Source: Candidatus Diapherotrites archaeon CG10_big_fil_rev_8_21_14_0_10_31_34 (GTDB taxonomy: Archaea > Iainarchaeota > Iainarchaeia > Iainarchaeales > 1-14-0-10-31-34). Taken from it: 11,760 nt of DNA. How positions within the stretch are numbered: position 1 is the first letter of the stretch; every line of letters begins with the position of its first letter. The notes below the pieces were generated by a model. It saw nothing but the letters and a program-made list of their open reading frames with translations, was not told where the DNA came from and did not search any database. The translations under genes and the position numbers were made by a program. Positions 7,422-11,760 of the stretch are shown in pieces. The stretch spans positions 1-11,760 of the forward strand of contig PFAI01000052.1 of the NCBI GenBank assembly GCA_002763225.1, given 5' to 3'.

Positions 7422-7907
7422 ATGAAAATAGGGAACGAAACCAGCATAATAGAAATAATAGAAAAAATGGTCAAAGAAGGAAGACCCCAAAAAGAAATAC
7501 TCAAAGAACTGACAAGCTTAGGAATAAAAGAAGAACAAGCAAGAAAACTGCTTTTATTAGGAGAAGCAGACACTTTTGCTTTGCTGAAAAAAGAAATACA
7601 AAAAATAGTCAAAGAAGACATGAAAGCAGAAGAAGAAATCTTCAGAAAACTGGTTGTAGAAATAGTTAAAGAAGAAGAAAAAGAAGTTGAAAAAAGATTA
7701 TCACAAAAATTAATTGAATTAAGAGAAGTGTTAGATGAAAAAATAAAAGAAGAAGAAAAAACAGAAAAAAAACAAACTAAAATGAAGGAATTAATGAAAT
7801 TATTAAGCCATCCTGAAACAACTCACGGAATCAGATTTGATTTTGAATCAGAAACACTAAAAAAAGAAAAAAAGAAAACAAACTCAATTAAAGAGGTAAA
7901 AGTTTAG
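7422..7907 (+). CDS. Hypothetical soluble coiled-coil protein, paralog of the next gene
   Basis: Shares an N-terminal ~64-aa domain with the next ORF and has an E/K-rich helical tail. Confidence 0.8.
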   Translation: MKIGNETSIIEIIEKMVKEGRPQKEILKELTSLGIKEEQARKLLLLGEADTFALLKKEIQKIVKEDMKAEEEIFRKLVVEIVKEEEKEVEKRLSQKLIELREVLDEKIKEEEKTEKKQTKMKELMKLLSHPETTHGIRFDFESETLKKEKKKTNSIKEVKV

Positions 7908-7916
7908 GTGAAAAAA

Positions 7917-8609
7917 ATGGTTCAGACAAGAGAAGCAAGCATAATTGAAACCATTTCAAAAATGGTCAGAGAAGGAAAAAACGAAAAAAAAATTGTCGCT
8001 GAACTAAAAATTTTAGGAATAAACGAAGAACAGGCAAGAAAACTGCTTTTATTGGCTGAAGCAGACACATTTGATTTGCTTAAAGCAGAAATAAAAAAAA
8101 TTGTTAGACAGGATTTAGCTGCAGAAGAACCATGGATAAAAGAATTCATTAAAACTGAAGTGGAAATAGAACAAAAAAAAGTTTCACAAGACTTAATGAG
8201 AGAAATGAGCTCTGATTTAGATGGATACAAGCAAAGAACAAACAAAGGAACAGAAGAATTCAAGGACATGCTGTTAAGCAAAATGAATATTTTTCAGACA
8301 AAAATTAATTCAAATATAATGGCTTTAACCGGAATAATAGGAAAATTAAAAGATTCAACAGTTAAAATAGATGAAAAAGTTGATTTAGCTCAACTAGATT
8401 TAACTGAACTAAGATTAAAAGGAACAGCAAAAAAACTGCAATTGCTAAGGTTTACTTTAATTGGGGCAGGAGTCATTTTTGGTTTTCTTGCATTCTGGTT
8501 TGCTTTAATTAACACTTCAGGCGGAATAACTGATACAGGAACAGTTGCAATCTTTTTCGGCATGATAATAGTTTCTTTAGCCTTACTATTTATGGCTTCA
8601 AAAACATAA
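7917..8609 (+). CDS. Hypothetical coiled-coil protein with two C-terminal transmembrane helices
   Basis: SD AGGTGA before ATG 7917, the same N-terminal domain as the upstream gene, and two hydrophobic segments at the C-terminus. Confidence 0.8.
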   Translation: MVQTREASIIETISKMVREGKNEKKIVAELKILGINEEQARKLLLLAEADTFDLLKAEIKKIVRQDLAAEEPWIKEFIKTEVEIEQKKVSQDLMREMSSDLDGYKQRTNKGTEEFKDMLLSKMNIFQTKINSNIMALTGIIGKLKDSTVKIDEKVDLAQLDLTELRLKGTAKKLQLLRFTLIGAGVIFGFLAFWFALINTSGGITDTGTVAIFFGMIIVSLALLFMASKT

Positions 8610-8643
8610 ACTTTTCTAATTAGAAAAATAAAAAAATTTTAAT

Positions 8644-8756
8644 GCTCTATCGAGCGAAGCAAAGACTCGCTTCCGTGCGAGTGTAACGGTGCACGAGTTT
8701 CACTCGTGCTAGCGCAACTTTATGTTGCGCATCGTGCTTAAACGGCGAAACGTTTA
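8644..8756. other. GC-rich multi-hairpin intergenic element (REP-like repeat cluster or structured RNA)
   Basis: Stems ACTCGC/GCGAGT (8665-8682), GCACGAG/CTCGTGC (8691-8709), GCGCAAC/GTTGCGC (8712-8730) and TAAACG/CGTTTA (8739-8756) in AT-rich surroundings. Confidence 0.65.
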
Positions 8757-8897
8757 TTCAATTAATTCGTTTTTTATTTTATGATATTCTTTTAAATTAT
8801 TTTTAGCGGTTTCTAATAAAATTCTGTTTCTGATTCCTTTTTCTTTGCTGGATAAAAAATCAATTTTATCCAAAATTTCTTCCATTACAACTTTCAT
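8754..8897 (-). CDS. Small hypothetical protein, 47 aa
   Basis: Manual translation: MKVVMEEILDKIDFLSSKEKGIRNRILLETAKNNLKEYHKIKNELIE. SD-like GTGAG upstream and host-like codons. Confidence 0.55.
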   Translation of the reverse strand: MKVVMEEILDKIDFLSSKEKGIRNRILLETAKNNLKEYHKIKNELIE

Positions 8898-8955
8898 TTT
8901 AACTCACTTTTTCCTTTAAAATTAAGTTAAAAAGTGCTTTTAAATAAATGCTTTT

Positions 8956-9363
8956 TTATTCTTTTAAAACCGCTTGTTTTCCCAGAATAACAGCTAAATT
9001 CTGGCTTTTCTTAAAAGCCTGTTTTTGATTAATTGAATAAGATTTTGCTTTTTTTGCAAAATCCTCTGGCTTTAAAAAAAGCCATCCTTTTTGAGGAATC
9101 TTCCATGCAACAAAAACTTCTGTTCCAGAGATTTCACCCCATTTAATTAATTCAGTCATCTGAGTAATAGAGACATTTAAGTAATTTGAATTCCATGCCT
9201 TGCATTCAAAAGAAATTTTTTTGTTCGGGCTTAAAGCAACAATATCAGGCGAAGGCAGAATTGTAGCACCTGAACCTGCAATTCTAACACAACCAAAACC
9301 ATTGTCATAAATTATTCTGAGCAATTCTCTTTCTGCATTAGCGCCTTTATTATAATGAGCCAT
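8956..9363 (-). CDS. hjc: Archaeal Holliday junction resolvase Hjc
   Basis: KGANAEREL, GF..VRIAGSG, PDIVA and FECK form the Hjc PD-(D/E)xK signature. Confidence 0.93.
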   Translation of the reverse strand: MAHYNKGANAERELLRIIYDNGFGCVRIAGSGATILPSPDIVALSPNKKISFECKAWNSNYLNVSITQMTELIKWGEISGTEVFVAWKIPQKGWLFLKPEDFAKKAKSYSINQKQAFKKSQNLAVILGKQAVLKE

Positions 9364-9511
9364 TTAATCACTTACAGTGCTATTGAAAATAACACTCTAA
9401 TCCCACGGATGCGGAATTAAACATAATATTTATATGCATTTGTTTTATTAAATCTTAATAGAATTAGAGTTTTAACTAAAAATTATTTTATCATTAAATT
9501 TAATGTTTTGA

Positions 9512-9775
9512 ATGAAAACAATTGATGTTCATATAAAACCCGGCTCAAAAAAATTTGAAGTACTGGGTTTTAATAAATGGACTAACTGCCTTGAAATAAA
9601 AACAAAAGAAAAGGCAGAAAAAAACAAAGCCAACAAAGAATTGGAAAAAAACTTAAAAGAAATTTTCAAAACAGAAGTAAAAATAATTCAAGGAAAAAAA
9701 TCAAAAACAAAAAAGATTTTAATTGAAAAAACAACAAAAGAAATTACAGAATTAATTAAAAAAAACAAACTCTAA
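9512..9775 (+). CDS. DUF167 / UPF0235 (YggU-like) protein
   Basis: Motifs VHIKPGSKK, KANKEL and VKIIQGKKSKTKKILI. Confidence 0.85.
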   Translation: MKTIDVHIKPGSKKFEVLGFNKWTNCLEIKTKEKAEKNKANKELEKNLKEIFKTEVKIIQGKKSKTKKILIEKTTKEITELIKKNKL

Positions 9776-9778
9776 TTC

Positions 9779-9836
9779 TGCCCTTTTCTTTTTTCCGAAA
9801 AAGAAAAGTGCAAGTTGCCCAAAAGAAAAAAGGCAA
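9779..9836. repeat. Intergenic double inverted repeat
   Basis: TGC-C-CTTTTCTTTTT-TCCG-AAAAAGAAAAG-T-GCA (9779-9812), followed by TTGCC...GGCAA (9815-9836). Confidence 0.6.
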
Positions 9837-9872
9837 TAATCCAAAAACAAAAAACATGGAAGGTGTTACTTA

Positions 9873-11267
9873 ATGGGAAAAACTTACATTAATGTAGTTA
9901 AATATAATATTAAAGCAAAATTTGAAGTCAAAGGACTAGTAGATAAACATGACATAATTGGCGCAGTTTTCGGCCAAAGCGAAGGATTAATTGGAGAAGA
10001 CCTTGATTTAAGAGAACTCCAAAAAAACGGTAAAGTAGGAAGAATAGATATTTTTCCTGAACCAAGAGACGGAAACACAATTGGAAGCTTATTGATTCCA
10101 TCTTCTTTGGATATGGTGCAGACTTCAATTCTGGCAGCAGCAATAGAGTCAATTGAAAAAGTAGGCCCATATGAATCAAAATTTGAAGTAGACCAAATTG
10201 AAGATACAAGAACAAACAAAAGAAATGAAATCAAAAACAGAGCAAAAGAATTATTAAGCAAATTCTTAAAAGACAGTACTCCTTCAACTGAAATGGCAGA
10301 CGAAGTAAGAGAAGCAACAAGAGCATCAGAAATAAGCCAATGGGGGCCGGAAAACCTGCCTTCAGGACCAGAAATAGAAAAAGAAGAAGAAATAATTTTA
10401 GTTGAAGGAAGAGCAGATGTATTAAATTTGCTTAGAAACAGCGTGAAAAATGTTGTTGGAATGAATGGCTCAAAAATACCTCATTCAATTATTGGTTTAT
10501 GCAACAGAAAAACAATTACTTTGTTTTCTGACGGAGATAGAGGAGGAGAATTAATTCAAAGACAATTAATGCAGGCAACAAAAGTTGATTTTGTTGCAAG
10601 AGCTCCTGATGGAAAAGAAGTAGAAGAACTATCAAAAAAAGAAATTACAATGGCTTTAAGGAAAAGAATTCCTACAACAGAAACAAATAGGAGAACTCCA
10701 CAAACTTTTTTGAATTCAAGAAGACCAATAAGAACAACAGAATTTCAGCCAAGAAACAACTTCAATGACAGAAATAGTTTTAATAACAGAAACAATTTCA
10801 ATGACAGAAGAACTGATATAAGGCCTCAAAGAAGTTTTGAAAACAACAGATTTAACAGAGATAATTCTTTTTCTAGACCAACTGAAAGACATTTTAGCAG
10901 AACTCCTCAAAGAGATTTTAGTAGATCAGCTCCAAGAGAAAGCTTTATCAGAGAAAACCCTAATCCAATTCTTTCAATTCCTCCAACAGAAGAAGAAAAA
11001 ACAAAATTTAATTCAGTAATGAATTCAGTTAAAGGAAAAATGGAAGCAGTAATTCTTGATTCACAAGGAAAAGAATTAAAAAGAACTAAAATAAGAGAAT
11101 TAGTTCCAGTACTAAAAGAACAAAAAGAAGTTGATTCAATAGTATTAGACGGAATAATAACCAAAAGACTTTTAGACGAAGCAAAAAACCATTCAATCAA
11201 ATTCATTATCGGAGTAAAAAAAGGCAAAATAGAAGAAACACCAGAAATAAAAACTTTGGTTATGTGA
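9873..11267 (+). CDS. dnaG: Archaeal DnaG (TOPRIM-domain, exosome-associated protein)
   Basis: DIIGAVFGQSEGLIGEDLDLRELQKNGKVGRI, TOPRIM motifs ILVEGRADV and DGDRGG, and DGIITKRL. SD GGAAGGTG. Confidence 0.96.
   Translation: MGKTYINVVKYNIKAKFEVKGLVDKHDIIGAVFGQSEGLIGEDLDLRELQKNGKVGRIDIFPEPRDGNTIGSLLIPSSLDMVQTSILAAAIESIEKVGPYESKFEVDQIEDTRTNKRNEIKNRAKELLSKFLKDSTPSTEMADEVREATRASEISQWGPENLPSGPEIEKEEEIILVEGRADVLNLLRNSVKNVVGMNGSKIPHSIIGLCNRKTITLFSDGDRGGELIQRQLMQATKVDFVARAPDGKEVEELSKKEITMALRKRIPTTETNRRTPQTFLNSRRPIRTTEFQPRNNFNDRNSFNNRNNFNDRRTDIRPQRSFENNRFNRDNSFSRPTERHFSRTPQRDFSRSAPRESFIRENPNPILSIPPTEEEKTKFNSVMNSVKGKMEAVILDSQGKELKRTKIRELVPVLKEQKEVDSIVLDGIITKRLLDEAKNHSIKFIIGVKKGKIEETPEIKTLVM
10752..10940 (+). 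repeat. Degenerate coding tandem repeats in the DnaG linker
   Basis: Three 18-nt units (RNNFND / RNSFNN / RNNFND, 10752-10805) and three 24-nt units (FSRPTERH / FSRTPQRD / FSRSAPRE, 10869-10940). Confidence 0.7.
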
Positions 11268-11284
11268 GGTTTTTAGTTCACAAC

Positions 11285-11334
11285 TGCACGGGCTTGTCCC
11301 GTGCATTTGGTTAAACCCTTTTTGGAAAGGGTTT
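11285..11334. repeat. Two perfect hairpins between dnaG and tRNA-Val
   Basis: TGCACGGG-CTTGT-CCCGTGCA (11285-11305) and AAACCCTTT-TTGG-AAAGGGTTT (11313-11334). Confidence 0.7.
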
Positions 11335-11336
11335 TC

Positions 11337-11409
11337 GGGCTCGTAGTTCAGGGGTTAGAACGCCACGTTTACAACGTGGAGGTCGAGAGTTCGATTCTCT
11401 CCGAGCCCA
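11337..11409 (+). tRNA. tRNA-Val(UAC), intronless, CCA not encoded
   Basis: Acceptor GGGCTCG/CGAGCCC, D arm GTTC/GAAC, anticodon arm CCACG-TTTACAA-CGTGG, T arm GAGAG-TTCGATT-CTCTC, discriminator A. Confidence 0.97.
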
Positions 11410-11410
11410 A

Positions 11411-11760
11411 TTATTTTAATAATTGCTCAGCTTCAGTTGCACGCAACATTATTCCTGTTTTTTTGAAGTGTTTCCATTTAACTAAATGTTTGGAATTACT
11501 GCTTCCTATTTCTTCAAAAAATTTCGTCAATTTTTTTTCGCCATAAAAATAAATATTATCTCCAGAAACACCAATAGAAAAATTTAGTTGCTTGTAAGCT
11601 CTTATTGCAGAAGACATTAATTCAGGGATAGTTATAGTCAAACAATACATTATTTTTGTATGCTGGTGCGGACAAACAGTTCCATCTGTGTCTGAAAGCC
11701 CTCTTAAACAAGCTCTAAATAATTTATTGTCATTGAAATAATAATCAGGGATCTTTGCTT
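11411..11760 (-). CDS. LAGLIDADG homing endonuclease-like protein, C-terminal part (starts beyond the window)
   Basis: Frame is open to the window edge: AKIPDYYFNDNKLFRACLRGLSDTDGTV...KFFEEIGSSNSKH. RGLSDTDG is a LAGLIDADG motif. Confidence 0.85.
   Translation of the reverse strand, partial: AKIPDYYFNDNKLFRACLRGLSDTDGTVCPHQHTKIMYCLTITIPELMSSAIRAYKQLNFSIGVSGDNIYFYGEKKLTKFFEEIGSSNSKHLVKWKHFKKTGIMLRATEAEQLLK

Noticed and set aside
7905..7910. Amber readthrough or TAG recoding fusing the two paralogs (also TAG at 2004)
   Set aside because: The second gene has its own SD and ATG at 7917. No conserved gene in the window contains an internal TAG.
8736..8756. CGAAA-containing hairpin as part of a hammerhead ribozyme
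   Set aside because: No CUGANGA core is present in the element.
10752..10940. Periodic repeats as a CRISPR array
   Set aside because: The units are degenerate, contiguous, codon-phased and inside dnaG, with no spacers or cas genes.
8..11650. Other overlapping ORFs in the track (e.g. 8..226, 786..977, 2905..3168, 3645..3863, 4808..5080, 5876..6289, 7922..8281, 9884..10261, 10907..11227, 11301..11546)
   Set aside because: They are antisense or alternate-frame shadows of well-supported genes or the tRNA, with no recognisable motifs.

Overview
AT-rich archaeal chromosomal segment, probably DPANN (inferred from NurA, Hjc, Pth2, archaeal-type DnaG, TATA-like promoters and a tRNA without encoded CCA). 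Left to right: partial HAD hydrolase, MazF/PemK toxin-antitoxin pair, stand-alone nurA, a disrupted ORFan, a hypothetical protein, an unannotated 56-aa Cys/His-rich protein, a pth2 locus interrupted by a LAGLIDADG endonuclease, a frameshifted ORFan, a membrane protein, an RbgA/YlqF-type GTPase, a lipoprotein, two tandem paralogs, a GC-rich hairpin cluster, a small ORF, hjc, DUF167, dnaG, tRNA-Val(UAC) and a second partial LAGLIDADG gene abutting the tRNA. Most notable: an orphaned 22-codon pth2 5' end (3212-3277) lies exactly 999 nt upstream of an intact pth2 whose first 22 codons are a diverged second version, with the endonuclease between them. This suggests an intron- and intein-free homing element that inserts into an essential gene and repairs it by supplying a recoded N-terminus.
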